In this document: positions 26,421-38,354 of the stretch, piece after piece | Numbering within the stretch: the stretch's first letter is position 1 | How the letters are laid out: the number at the start of each line of letters is the position of its first letter | DNA from: Lama glama | Taxonomy: Eukaryota | NCBI GenBank assembly: GCA_028534125.1 | Contig: CM052817.1 | Span: forward strand, 24,182,001 to 24,246,000 | Reading direction: 5' to 3' | DNA length: 64,000 nt | Notes under the pieces: model-generated | What the model was told of the DNA's origin: nothing | Databases searched by the model: none | The model's input: the letters and a program-made list of their open reading frames with translations, nothing else | Made by a program: the position numbers and the translations under genes

Positions 26421-27980
26421 AATAATAAACCTATGCATGCATGGTCAATGACTCTATAACAAAGGAGGCAAAATACACAATGGGGAAAAGATGGTCTCTT
26501 CAATAAATAATGTTGGAAAAACTGGATAGTTACATGAAAAAGTACAAAACTAGACCACTTTCTTACACCATATATAAAAATTAATTCCAAGTGGATTAAA
26601 GATTTAAATATAAGATCTGAAACCACAAAAATCCTAGGACCTAGGCAATACACTCTTGGACATTGGTCTTAGCAATATTTTTTTGAACCTGTCTCCTCAG
26701 GCAAAGGAAATAAAAGCAAAAATAAACAAATGGGACTATATCAGACTAAAACACTTTTTGCACAGTGAAAGAAACTATCAACAAAACAAAAAGGCTGTCT
26801 ACTGAATGGGAGAAGATATTTGTAAATTGTATAACAGATGAGGGGTTAATACCAAAAATATACAAGGAACTCTTATGACTCAATATCAAAAAAAAAATCT
26901 GATTAAGGAATGGGCAGAAAACCTGTATAAATAATTTTCCAAAGAAGACATAAGAATGCCCTACAGGCACATGAAAAGATGCTCAAAATCACTAATCATC
27001 AGAGAAATACAAACCAAAAACCACAATAAGATACCACCTCACACTTGGCTATTTTGGAAAGGTAAGAAATAACAAGTGTTGGTGAGCATGTGGAGAAAGG
27101 GGACTCCTCATTCACTGTTGTTGGGAATATAAACTGGTAAAGCCACTGTGGAAAACAGAATGGAGGTTCCTCCAAAAGATAAAATAGAACTACCATATGA
27201 TTCAGTAATTCCACTTCTGTGTATTTAAGTAAAGAAAACAAAACATTAATTTGCAAAGATGCACACATCATACTGTTCACTGCAGTGTTATTTACAATAG
27301 CCAAGATATGGAATAAGCCTAAGTGACCATCAATAGATGAACAGGTATAGATGTGGTGTTACTCAGCCATAGAAAAAGAATGAAATGCCATTTGAGACAA
27401 CATGGATGGACAACATAGAAGGTATCACACTAAGTGAAATAAGTCAGACAGAGAAAGACAAATACCATTCAATCTCGCTTATAATGTGAAATCAAAAATA
27501 CAGAACAAATGAACAAACGTAATAAAACAGAAGCAGACTTATGGATACAGAGAACAAACTGGTGGTTCACGGGGAAGGTAGTGGGAGTGTGTGAAACAGG
27601 TTAAGGAGATTAAGAGGTAGAAACTTTCAGTTATGAAATAAAGAACTATTCTGAATCTTGATTCTAGTGGTTGTCAGATGACTCAAGGCATTTGCCAAAA
27701 CTCATATAACTGCACACCAAGATGAATAAATTTTTTATTAAATGTCAATTTTAAAATAATTGTTTAACTGCTCAAAAGAAAATAAGTCACAGGGTTGTAA
27801 TGCATATCATAGGGAACACAGTGAATAATGTAAAAACTTTGTATGTGACAGACTTATCAACTAGGCTTGTAGTGATCCTTTCATAATGTATAAAAATATC
27901 AAACACTGTAGTACACCTAAAGCTAATATATTATTACAAGTAAATTTTACTTCAAATAAGTAGATAAATAAATAGTGAAA
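26421..27980 (+). mobile_element. 5'-truncated laurasiatherian L1 (ORF2 C-terminal region and 3'UTR), decayed
   Basis: Continuous ORF2 motifs (tctcttcaataaataatgttggaaaaactgg; aaatgggactatatcagactaaaac; catgaaaagatgctc; tagaactaccatatgattcag) followed by 3'UTR and A-rich tail. Confidence 0.93.
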
Positions 27981-28911
27981 GAAAAAATACGGGGACATGT
28001 TTAGAATTGCATTGACTCTATAGATGAATTTGTGAAAAATTAACCTCTTCATGTTGAATGTTTGAAAACATGAATATGATTTTTTTCCAAGATACTTCAT
28101 ATTTTTATAATACTATAAGTAGTATATTTTAAGATTTAATTTTCTAACTTCCTACTGTTGTTATAGAGAATACAATATATTTGTTATTTTTTTATCCAGT
28201 TACCTTGCTGAACTCTTTTATTAATTCTAACATTTCTGTAGATTCCCTTTGGCATTTTCTACGAACAAAATCTATGAATAGACATTTTTCAAATTTTTAA
28301 TCTTTGGTTTTTCAAGTTTCTTTTCTTCTCTTTTTCTCTCTAACTGTACTAGATAGGAACTCTAGTCAATGCTGGGAGGAATTTATATTATCAGGCTTCC
28401 TTGTTTCTTATCTCAAATTGTACGTTCCAAATTTCACTGTTAAATATGATGTTTGCTATATTTTTTGTAGACATTCGTTACCTGGTTAAGAGAAGTCCTT
28501 TCTCTTCCCACACTTACTTGTTTTTAATCATGAATGCATGCTGACTTTTATCAAACTTTTGCATCTATCCAGAGGGACAAATGATTTTTCTGTCTTCATC
28601 TACTAATGTATCTAGCATTCTTTGGAAAAATCCACCTTGATAATAATGGAAATCTTTTTTAAAAATTCATTACCGAAGTTTTGTGTATTAATATTTCACT
28701 TGAGATTTTGCATCTTTTTCATGAAACATGTTAGCCTATTTTTTTTCCATTTTCCTTTTTAATACTGATCGTGTCAGGTTTATTATCAAGTTTGTGCTAT
28801 CCTCATAAAATAAGTTGTATTTTAGTGTCTTTAAACAAAAGAAATCATGTATAGCAACATTAATAGCTTCATAAAATAAATAGTTGAATGTGTCTACTTT
28901 TTGTATACTCT

Positions 28912-29250
28912 TTCATTCATTTAACAAATATTTATTGAAAACCTACTGTGTATCAGGTATTCTCCTAGATATTGGAGACACAGTGATGACCATGATAGAC
29001 AAAACTCTTTGTCTTTAGGGAGCTCATATTCTAGTAAGATGGGACAGAAAATAATCAAATAAGTAAAATACATAATTTGGCAGATACTGATAATAATATG
29101 AACAATACAAAGCAAGGAAGGAAAGGAAATAGAACATTTTGGAGAGGGGAAGAGGTCACAATTTTAAATTGGAATTAACAGATAGGACCTCTGTGAAGGT
29201 AACCTTTGTGAAAAGACCCAAAGGACGTAACGGTGGATACTCAGTGACTA
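28912..29250 (-). mobile_element. LINE-2 (L2a) 3' end
   Basis: ttcattcatttaacaaatatttattgaaacctactgtgtatcaggtattctcctag...ggagctcatattctagt. Confidence 0.85.
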
Positions 29251-31410
29251 TTTCCATGAGCAAGACTTCATCTTCCCACCCTTCAGTGATATATTTGTGC
29301 TTTATATAATCCATGTATATTAATCTTGGCACCCACCTTACCCTACCTCACTAGAATCTTCCCCCTGTACCCCAAACATTGTATCTGTGTACTTTTTCTG
29401 AGAAGCTAAGTAAAGTTTTCACACTTAGCTTATAAAGTAGCCAAAGCACATTTTAAAAACTTGAAACCTTTCATAATAGTTTTTCTAATAAAAAAAGTAT
29501 GAGTTACTTCTTCAGCTGATATAAAATTCCATGAAATATCTAGTGAGATATACAGTCTTCATCAGCTATAGATTTTGGTATTTATTCTTGTGGTCTTAAA
29601 GAAGGAAACCAAATACATTTCATATTCTCTGGATTCAGTGTTTATGAAGTATTGACATTTAATTCTTGCCCTAAATGGTCTGGAGAAGTCAGATATTAAG
29701 ATGAGCTGGTGCCCACACAGCCAAAGTTTTATGCATTACCAAACATTCAAAATATGTCTCTGGCCATAAAGCTGGCCCATATACTTAAAATTCTATTACC
29801 CCAACAGGTCTTGCCAAGACTTTTTAGATGTAGGTAGGAAAAGAAAATATAAGAAATATACAATATATACATACTTTAAGATCTTGAAAATGACTGGTTT
29901 AAATTTGTTCTTTCAAGAGATCATTTTTTTTTTAGATTTTTCTCAGTTTTAGGCTAAGTGGCCAAGCACATATGTCATTTCCCATTTCAATCTTGAGAAG
30001 GAAATGTTAATCTAAGTGTATTTCTCCAGTGATGAACTTTTAGGGCATCTGTCTGAGATCAGAGATTACTAACACATTACAAGACTGCCAACTGAACTGT
30101 GCTGGAGAAATATCTTCTCTTCTTGTTAAATATGTTTGGAAAGGGATCTTGAATGGAAAATCTCTGTGCACACAAAAGTATTTATTCAAATTAATAGGAT
30201 CTGCTTATGGTGGTTGTGACAGTGCCAAAGGAAAGGCAAATAATAAAACAAAAATTTTCCCTTGCTCCTATTTGATATATTTCTTAGAGAAACAAACAAA
30301 AAAAGACTGAGAACAAATAGGACAAAATGTTAGCAGTTGCTAATTTAGAACAGAAGAGAATAATATGATGTTTCATTTTTTAGTATTATTCTCTTTTTCA
30401 ATTTATCAAGATAAATTTTTAAAGGCAGTAAACGTTTGAAGGAAGAATAGCCGGGCATATGGGTATGGTTGAAAAATGGCTTCCCAGTGAAAAAGAAGAG
30501 TGTGCGTTCTCAAAACTTGCCTGCTCCTAGCAGCTGCCTAAATCTGCTCAGAGGCAATGCCCTTGGGTATCATTTGCAGAACTGTTTTAAATACACCCAT
30601 CATTAGGGAACCAGTTCACAGAGGTGACAGCAGAAGGGAAATCATCGCTCCGTGCTCTCATGTCCTGGATCTCTTCAAATAGAAGAGGTCAGCTTCAGGT
30701 CCCTTTGATGACAGCCTCACCACTTCATCAGATGTGAGCTGCATTTCTGAATGATGCTGAGGGGAAAATACAGCATCAATCTGCCAAGTATGACCCTGAT
30801 CTTTCCTCTAAGGAGCTTTCTTTGGATGATACATGGCTCCACAGATTGCCTTGAATTTAACGTAAACAAGGTACAGAATGGTTGTCTAAGAAAAAATAAT
30901 ATTACGTGGTGGGCCAAGCATATTCTATGTATTTCCTTCTCCAGGAATTCTAGTGTATTTCTTAAATGTTACATTGATATCCCCTCATTTTAACAAATGA
31001 AATAAATATATTCACAGTTTTACTTTATAGCAACTAGTAAGATTTTGTGCTATAACAAAATCCAATCACATTTCTTTTATTTTTCATTTTGGAGTTGAAT
31101 TAGTAGATTTGTAGTAACTGATTAAATAAAAGGTTTCAGGACACCTGTGATTTTTTTTTTCTGTTGCCTTCCTAGGTTTTTGGAGAGGAAATCTATCTGT
31201 AAGTTAGGCATTCTTAGTTTTATCAGCACCTTGCTGAAACTTGCTGCCAAAGACCTCTGCCATATGGATGAGAGGGCTGATAGATAATTCTTTTCAGCAT
31301 AGTAGTGGAAACACTGTAGTTTATTGCTTAAGGACATTCAAAATATATATTTAACAGCAATTGCTTATATTTTCTTGAGGTGTTTATGTTAAGAGTCCTA
31401 AGTCGGTAAG

Positions 31411-31508
31411 TAGATAGCTTGATTGATGATAGATCGATAGATCGATCAATAGATTAGTTACATAGATAGATGGTAGATAAATATATAGATGATAGATACA
31501 TAGATGAT

Positions 31509-31539
<31 letters not shown>
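31411..31539. repeat. compound (GATA)n/(GACA)n microsatellite
   Basis: Degenerate GATA array ending in tandem gaca units. Confidence 0.92.
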
Positions 31540-32142
31540 TGGAGCTCCTCTATTACCTAAATACACTTGATTTATAAAATCTGGTTTACAGATTTGTTCT
31601 ATGAAGATATCCATTTCATAAGACAAGAAAGAATGTGTACCAAATGTGTTTTCTGCTTTCGCCACTCTTACGTCTTCAGCAGGAAGCAGTCCTACAGAGA
31701 ACCAATACTTTATTTCAGGGATAGCCTTTTAGGAATATTAACAAGTTAGGACATGACATTCCAACAAAGATAATTAACACCTTTACTCAACTTTGAGATT
31801 GTTCTGTAGAAGAGAAAAATAACACGACATTGTGTGAGCTGACAGAATTTAATTCCAAAATGATGTTAGGTTTGTTCAGGAAGATATAACTTTATTCAAA
31901 GCTCTCTTTCATTGGTTTTTGCCATGCTTATATAGTACTCTGGGTTGAAATATTGTAATACTCAAACAAATCCTAATAACTTTAGAAATTTCCTCCTTTT
32001 CCCAGTGTTGAATACACCAGATCCTGATTATATGATGCTTTTTGCCCTTCTCTCTTCTACACATTGTTTAGTAAAATCACTGATCATATTCACATCTAGC
32101 TCATTAATTTCTTAGCGTGTATTTTTGCTAATTGTTTTTCAG

Positions 32143-32605
32143 TAACAAGGAAAGTGCTGAATGATTTCCAAATTTCTCTGAGACTGTTCCAAGCATTTCC
32201 CATCCATTCACCAAATTCATCCTCAATTTCACAATGAAAAGATTGATATTAAAAGAAATGACTTCCTTATTAATATTTCCCAAATTACAACCTCATGAAG
32301 ATACTGATTATATTGACACTGATATAAATGGAAGGCCAGAGAGTAAGGAAGCAAGGCATTGTCAGGCAGATCAGAACAGAGACTCATCTGGACTAATACT
32401 GGGCTCATCTGCATGCAATTTTGCAGACATAAGATTAGCAAAGAGTTATATGAGATACTCTTAGAAAAATTCATAAGATAATATGTCAAATCCACCTGTA
32501 GAAGGATTAAAAAGTCAGGTAGAGGATAAAGCAGCACCAAAATGGAAAAATATGCATCATCAAGCAAAGTCAGTTCAGTTCTCAAACTTGCAAGTTATTC
32601 AACAG
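32143..32605 (+). pseudogene. possible decayed coding exon of unknown identity, truncated by the gap
   Basis: Acceptor ttttgctaattgtttttcag; one frame of 154 codons (32144-32605) with only three stops; no repeat family recognised. Confidence 0.3.
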
Positions 32606-33105
32606 NNNNNNNNNNNNNNNNNNNNNNNNNNNNNNNNNNNNNNNNNNNNNNNNNNNNNNNNNNNNNNNNNNNNNNNNNNNNNNNNNNNNNNNNNNNNNNN
32701 NNNNNNNNNNNNNNNNNNNNNNNNNNNNNNNNNNNNNNNNNNNNNNNNNNNNNNNNNNNNNNNNNNNNNNNNNNNNNNNNNNNNNNNNNNNNNNNNNNNN
32801 NNNNNNNNNNNNNNNNNNNNNNNNNNNNNNNNNNNNNNNNNNNNNNNNNNNNNNNNNNNNNNNNNNNNNNNNNNNNNNNNNNNNNNNNNNNNNNNNNNNN
32901 NNNNNNNNNNNNNNNNNNNNNNNNNNNNNNNNNNNNNNNNNNNNNNNNNNNNNNNNNNNNNNNNNNNNNNNNNNNNNNNNNNNNNNNNNNNNNNNNNNNN
33001 NNNNNNNNNNNNNNNNNNNNNNNNNNNNNNNNNNNNNNNNNNNNNNNNNNNNNNNNNNNNNNNNNNNNNNNNNNNNNNNNNNNNNNNNNNNNNNNNNNNN
33101 NNNNN
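32606..33105. other. assembly gap, exactly 500 N
   Basis: Run of N. Confidence 1.
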
Positions 33106-33294
33106 AGTATACATATATTTCTTTCATATAAAAACAAGGTGGAGATACATATTTAGTATATATCAATATGTATACTAAATCCATGGCAATGGATGATTCT
33201 GGGTAGATGGAGGAAAGGGATAGGAATATCACTGAGATGAGAGGCAGAGGGACTTCATCTTAGTTTGTAATGCTTTAATTCTTTTACTTCAAGA

Positions 33295-33590
33295 AAGACA
33301 AATCATCATAGACATAGAGAACAAACTTATCTTTACCAGGGAGAAAGTCGGGGTGGAGGGATAAATTGGGAACTCAGGATTTGCAGATACTAACTACTAT
33401 ATATAAAATAGATAAACACATGGTCCTATTCTATATCACAGGGAGTTATATTCAATATCTTATAATACCCTATAATGAAAAAGAATATGAAAAGGAATAT
33501 AGATACGTATATATGTATAACTGAATCACTATGCTATACACCAGAAATTAACACAACATTGTAAACCCACCATACTTCAATAAAAAGAAA
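33295..33590 (+). mobile_element. artiodactyl/camelid-type L1 3'UTR fragment, inside an older L1ME-like remnant (~33106-33720)
   Basis: catagacatagagaacaaactt...atttgcagatactaactactatatataaaatagataaac...tacttcaataaaaag; same family as 10542-11142. Confidence 0.88.
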
Positions 33591-34216
33591 CAAGATTTGA
33601 CACTGAAAAAAATCAAATATACCTGAGTATTAGGAAGAATTAATTCTGGAGAGTGTACATGGTTTTTTATTATTTTATATATTGTACTCTTTTTTTAATG
33701 TTTTAAAAATAGAAATGTTATATTTGAGGAAATATAAGCATGATAGTAGATGAATGAAGACATGAATTCATCTTTGAATCTGTCTCATAATTTTCTTGAT
33801 TATTGGAATAGTATCTCAAAAGTGAATTTACGTTTCAAAATATGAATTTCTGTATCAGTGCTCTGGATAATTCTTATCCATTTCCTTGGAAGAAGTGGAA
33901 AATATTGTAAATTAGTAAGTTTACATTACTGAAAATGTGAAACAATGCTAGTATCAGACTACAAGTATAATTAATTTTTGTATATTGGGTAAAATAGTAT
34001 CCAGCCCTGCGCAGCATATAATTTTTTTAAAAAAGAGGCTAATCTAGTAGAGTATATAATCCCAGAATTACTACCTAGGTTCAACTTATAAAATTACAGA
34101 CTAAGATTTTAACCATAATCCCCTCTTCTATGTTATTAATTGAAGCAATAGTTTCCATTATTTTAAACTGTGCACTTAATCAGTTAAAAAGTAAACTAAA
34201 GAGTATTTACCTCCAG

Positions 34217-35778
34217 AATCTTAGTCTGTTTGAACTTCTCTAACAAATACCACAGACTGGATAGTTTATAAAGAACATAAATTTATTTCTTACAGTTCTA
34301 GAGCCAGGAAGTCCAAGACTAAAGTGCCAGCAACTTCAGTGTCTGGTGAGAGTGGCTATCTGGTTCACAGATGGTATTTTTCAAATTGAAGTATAGCTGA
34401 TTTACAATATTACATCAGTTTCAAGTGTATAGCATAGTGATTCAGTATTTTTACAAATTATATGCCATTATAAGTTATTACAAGACAATGGCTAAAATTC
34501 CCTGTGCTATACAATATATTTTGGTTGTTTACCTCTTTTATACATAGTAGTTTGTATCTCTTAATCCCATATCCTTAATTTGCCCTAACCCATTGGTAAC
34601 CACTAGTTTTCTATAACTGAGTCTGTTTCTGTTTTGCATATACATGCATTTGTATTATTTTTAGATTCCACATGTAAATGATACTACACAGTATTTGTCT
34701 TTATCTAACTTATTTCACTAAGCATAGTATTCTCTAGGTCAATGCATATTGCTGCAAGTGGCAGCATTTCATTGTTTTTTATGGCTGAATAATACTCCAC
34801 TGTATATGTACACCACATCTTCTTTATCCATTCATCTGTTGATGGACACTTAAGTTGCTTCTCCATCTTGGCTATTGTAAATAATGCTGCTATGAACATT
34901 GGGGTGCACGTAACTTTCCAAATTAGTATTTTTTTTCAGACATATACCTGGAGTGGAAATGCTGGATCATATAGTAGCTTTATTTTTAGTTTTCTGAGGA
35001 TCTTCCAAACTGTTTTTCACAGTGGCCGCACCAATTTACATCCCTACCAACAGTGTACAAGGGTTCCCTTTTCTCCACATCCTCTCCAACATCTGTTATT
35101 TGTAGCCTTTTTATAACAGACATATTGGCAGGTTTGAGGTGATATCCCACTACTATTTTAATTTGCATTTCTCCAATAATTAGTGCTGTTGAGCATCTTT
35201 TCATGTGCCTATTTGCCATCTGTATGTCTTCTTTGGAAAAATGTCTATGTAGGTCTTCTGCCCATTTATTTTTTATTTGGTTTCTTATTTTTTATATTGA
35301 GTTGTATGAGCTGTTTATATATTTTGGATATTAACCCATCATTGGTCATATCAAGCAAATATTCTCTCCCATTCCGTAGGCTGTATTTTTGTTTTGTCAG
35401 AGGTTACCTTTGCTGTGCCAAAGCTTTTAAGTTTAATTAGGTTTCATTTGTTTATTTTTGCTTTTATTTCTTTTGCATTAGAAAACAGATTCAAAAAAAT
35501 ACTGCTATGATTTAAAGACCTAAACATATGAACTGAAACCACAAAACTACTAGAAGACAACACAGATGGAACACTCTGACATGAATTATAGATCGCATTT
35601 TTTTCATTGTGTCTTCACATGATAGAAGGAGTAAGAGATCTCTCTGGGAACTCTTTTATCAGAGCACTAATCACCTCCCAAAGGACTTACCTCAATACCA
35701 TCACCTTGGTGGTTAGGATTTCAACATACGAATTTGTGGGAAGGAAAGGGGAGGGACATAAACATTTAGTGCATTACA
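34217..35778 (-). mobile_element. MLT1A0-like MaLR LTR split by an L1 (pieces 34217-34381 and 35603-35778)
   Basis: tcttagtctgtttg...taccacagactgg...gaagtccaagac...tctggttcacagatgg, resuming cattgtgtcttcacatg...ctaatcacctcccaaagg...ttaggatttcaacatacgaattt. Confidence 0.9.
34382..35589 (-). mobile_element. 5'-truncated, 5'-inverted L1 (body 34382-~35512 on -, ~80-bp inverted piece ~35511-35589 on +)
   Basis: Minus-strand ORF2 C-terminal peptides in the ORF track ([11 protein letters not shown]..., [11 protein letters not shown]...); plus-strand ttaaagacctaaac...actagaagacaacac; TSD agatggtattttt / agatcgcattttt (11/13). Confidence 0.92.
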
Positions 35779-36099
35779 CCCAGTTTGTTTGTTTGTTCAC
35801 TTATAATTTATATACAATGTGCTGTTGTCAATTTGTATTAAATATTAGAAAAATCTGAGTTTCTTTCTTATCTTTACATATAGAAGTTCCAGTAATCTCA
35901 TCCTGAACATGCTAATGAATCATCTCTCATTGTACTTTGGAGACAACAGGACTATACAAGTGTAAAATAAATAAATTTATTTTTGTCCATTATGCTTTTT
36001 AATCTGGCTCCATGGAAACTGTTCAACTATGTCCCTTTTCTCTTCTGATCTCTATTGCTACTAGTAGTTAGCACTTACTACTCCACATCAAAGCTGGTG

Positions 36100-36250
36100 T
36101 ATTTTAGCCACTAGTTTGCCCACCCCTCCATCAGTATGACTCCCTGAGTATATGGGTCGTGTCTATTGTACTTACTATTGAACCCCCATCACGCAATACA
36201 GGGACTAAGTGGGTACTCCTTAAAACTTTTTTGAGAGAATGAATGAATCT
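36100..36250 (+). mobile_element. LINE-2 3' tail fragment
   Basis: atgactccctgag...gtctattgtacttactattgaacccccatc...gaatgaatgaat. Confidence 0.65.
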
Positions 36251-37109
36251 TAAGTTATATGTTTACAGGGAATATTTTAAAAATATGGATGGGTGATTTC
36301 TTTTAAATGTACATTCAGATTTACTGCAACATGTGTTTTATCCTTTGACCATCTCATAATGTGCTTCTATATTACATGTGGACTTCTTTAAACTGAAGGT
36401 GAGAACAACAGGAAAAGTAGCCATATATTTACCGGTGAGATGTGTCTGGTTTCTGGTCAAACAGAATCGAAAGCACTGAAATCTTGGGTTCAGGTCAGGT
36501 AAGATGATTCTTCACACTTTCCCAAACCCTGAATTTCTGAATCTAGCAGGAACTTTTCAGATTACAGATGACTCCTAGCTATTCAAGGATCCTTCAGTAC
36601 TTCTTTGGTGACATGTGTATGTCCAAGACTGTGCCAAAGTCAAAGCTATATGAACAAAAGCATGTTCTCTCATGTAGGATTTCAAGATAGTCATTCTTAC
36701 AAGAAATATGGTAAGAAAAGTGCACTCAATTTTCTCAATGCTCAGTGCTGAGACTGATATGTGATTTTTTTTTCAATGTAGGTGGAGTAAATAAACAGCC
36801 ATGAACTCAATTGTCCCTGAGAAGAGTGAATGGAACTGAAAGACAACTATCTAGGCTGCTAAGACCAAATCTTCAACCAAATTTCAGGAGAAGAAGCCAG
36901 GGATAAGTTTATATTTTTAAATGGATTATAAGATTTTTGGAAAATTCATTATTTTTCCTCTTTGATCAGCTTCTTTTGGTTTTAGTCACTACTTTCTTGA
37001 GGACAGTGCAAACACATTAAAAGAAGCTTTTTCTACATGTGGCCTTTTATTCCTAAGTATCTATAAAAAGAAAGTATACTTCTGAATAAATTGATTGTAA
37101 TTATATGTA

Positions 37110-37244
37110 CAGTGGGCAACTCACAGCCGTGGCTGCAGAACCCACGGATACAAATGGCCGGCTGTAAGGGACTTGAGCATCTACAGATTTTGGTATCCAC
37201 AGGGGTCCTGGAACCATTCCCCTGTGGATGGCAAGGAGCCACTG
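37110..37244. mobile_element. short MER2/Tigger2-family MITE
   Basis: TA-cagtgg...ccactg-TA termini; internal gggacttgagcatctacagattttggtatccacaggggtcctggaaccattcccctgtggat is the MER2 end. Confidence 0.88.
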
Positions 37245-38354
37245 TAGTCTGATAAAAAAGAAAAAAATGTACCATCTTGACAATGTAATATATAGAAAAC
37301 TAAATGAGTTTTCCAGTTATGTTTAACAAAATTTGATTCTTGTTTTTGACTTCTGCAGATAATGAAGAAAAATGCATTTATGTTTTTTCTTTCCTCCACT
37401 TATTTATTTATTTTGTCACCATTTAGTTAGTGTGTTCTACATAGCTAATCTAACCCCTGTTTAATTCCTGAAGTAACTGAAGAGTGAAGTATCCAGGCAG
37501 GGTAGGGTGGTGGTGAGGTGGAAAGACACATGGTGCGGGTGGATTGTCCTATGAGATACTGCTCTGACCCTAACCTGGAGATTGTAGGATGGAAAATAGG
37601 AGCCCAGCAATGCAAAAATAAAGTTATGAACCTGTCACACAGCATCAACTTTCTATATTTAATCCTACTGAAAACTCTATCTGGTTATTTATCTCACATG
37701 GAAATCATTGGGAAGTCAAGCCCAAAACTTTCACATCACAGCTCTGTGCCTACTGCTTCAGAAGACACATCCCTTGCCATTGGGAAGGATTACTGTATTC
37801 AGTAACAGTGTTTACACCGGAATCTGTCTCACCTCCTACTGTCTCGAGATAGGGTGTGCTGACATATAAGACTAGCAAGTGAGTAAACATGTCATTTTCT
37901 CAATCAGCCTTCCCCTGGGGGAGTCCTGAGCTTGGCAACACATGGGATATTTACCAGATCTATGGACATTTGCCTATACTTCAAAGAAAGGTACTTTTTC
38001 TCTTTGCATTTTACCCAACAGAATCCAGTTATAAATCCATATGCTCAAGGAATTCTGAAAATTATTGTGTCCAAAATGTAATTGTATATATTCAGAATGT
38101 CCTTACATCTTTATGGTCAGTTTCAACACTCTAGTCAGGACACTTTTAATTCTACTCTTTATGCTTTAATGTCTCTACCCTGGAATTCTTATGAGTAACA
38201 AAAAGGTATAAGGGGGTAGTGAATAAGATCACAGACTCCTGTACAGTTGGCTACCACATTATTGACCCATATGAATGAGTTCTAATACACCAAATTTGGC
38301 TTAGCAGTAATCAGCTGACTAGCAATGATTTGAAGATCTTACATGCTAGAGCTT

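Larger units (their letters stand above)
25085..28900 (-). mobile_element. old L1M (L1MD/ME-like) in three pieces (~25085-25960, ~26325-26420, ~27995-28900), host to nested insertions
   Basis: Antisense L1 motifs gaacacttgagttgtcttcag, tctagataatagtcctttgtcag, agaattgcattgactctatagatg, taccttgctgaactctttt and aaatttcactgttaaatatgatgtttgct. Confidence 0.8.

Noticed and set aside
34705..35219. ORFs with clearly protein-like sequence ([11 protein letters not shown]..., [11 protein letters not shown]...)
   Set aside because: They are fragments of L1 ORF2 in a decayed insertion, not a host gene.
37824..37856. Peptide LSHLLLSRDRV, reminiscent from memory of a short CCDC168 motif
   Set aside because: Only 11 residues, flanked by stops, with no similarity in the flanks. 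The recollection cannot be verified here, so it is likely chance.
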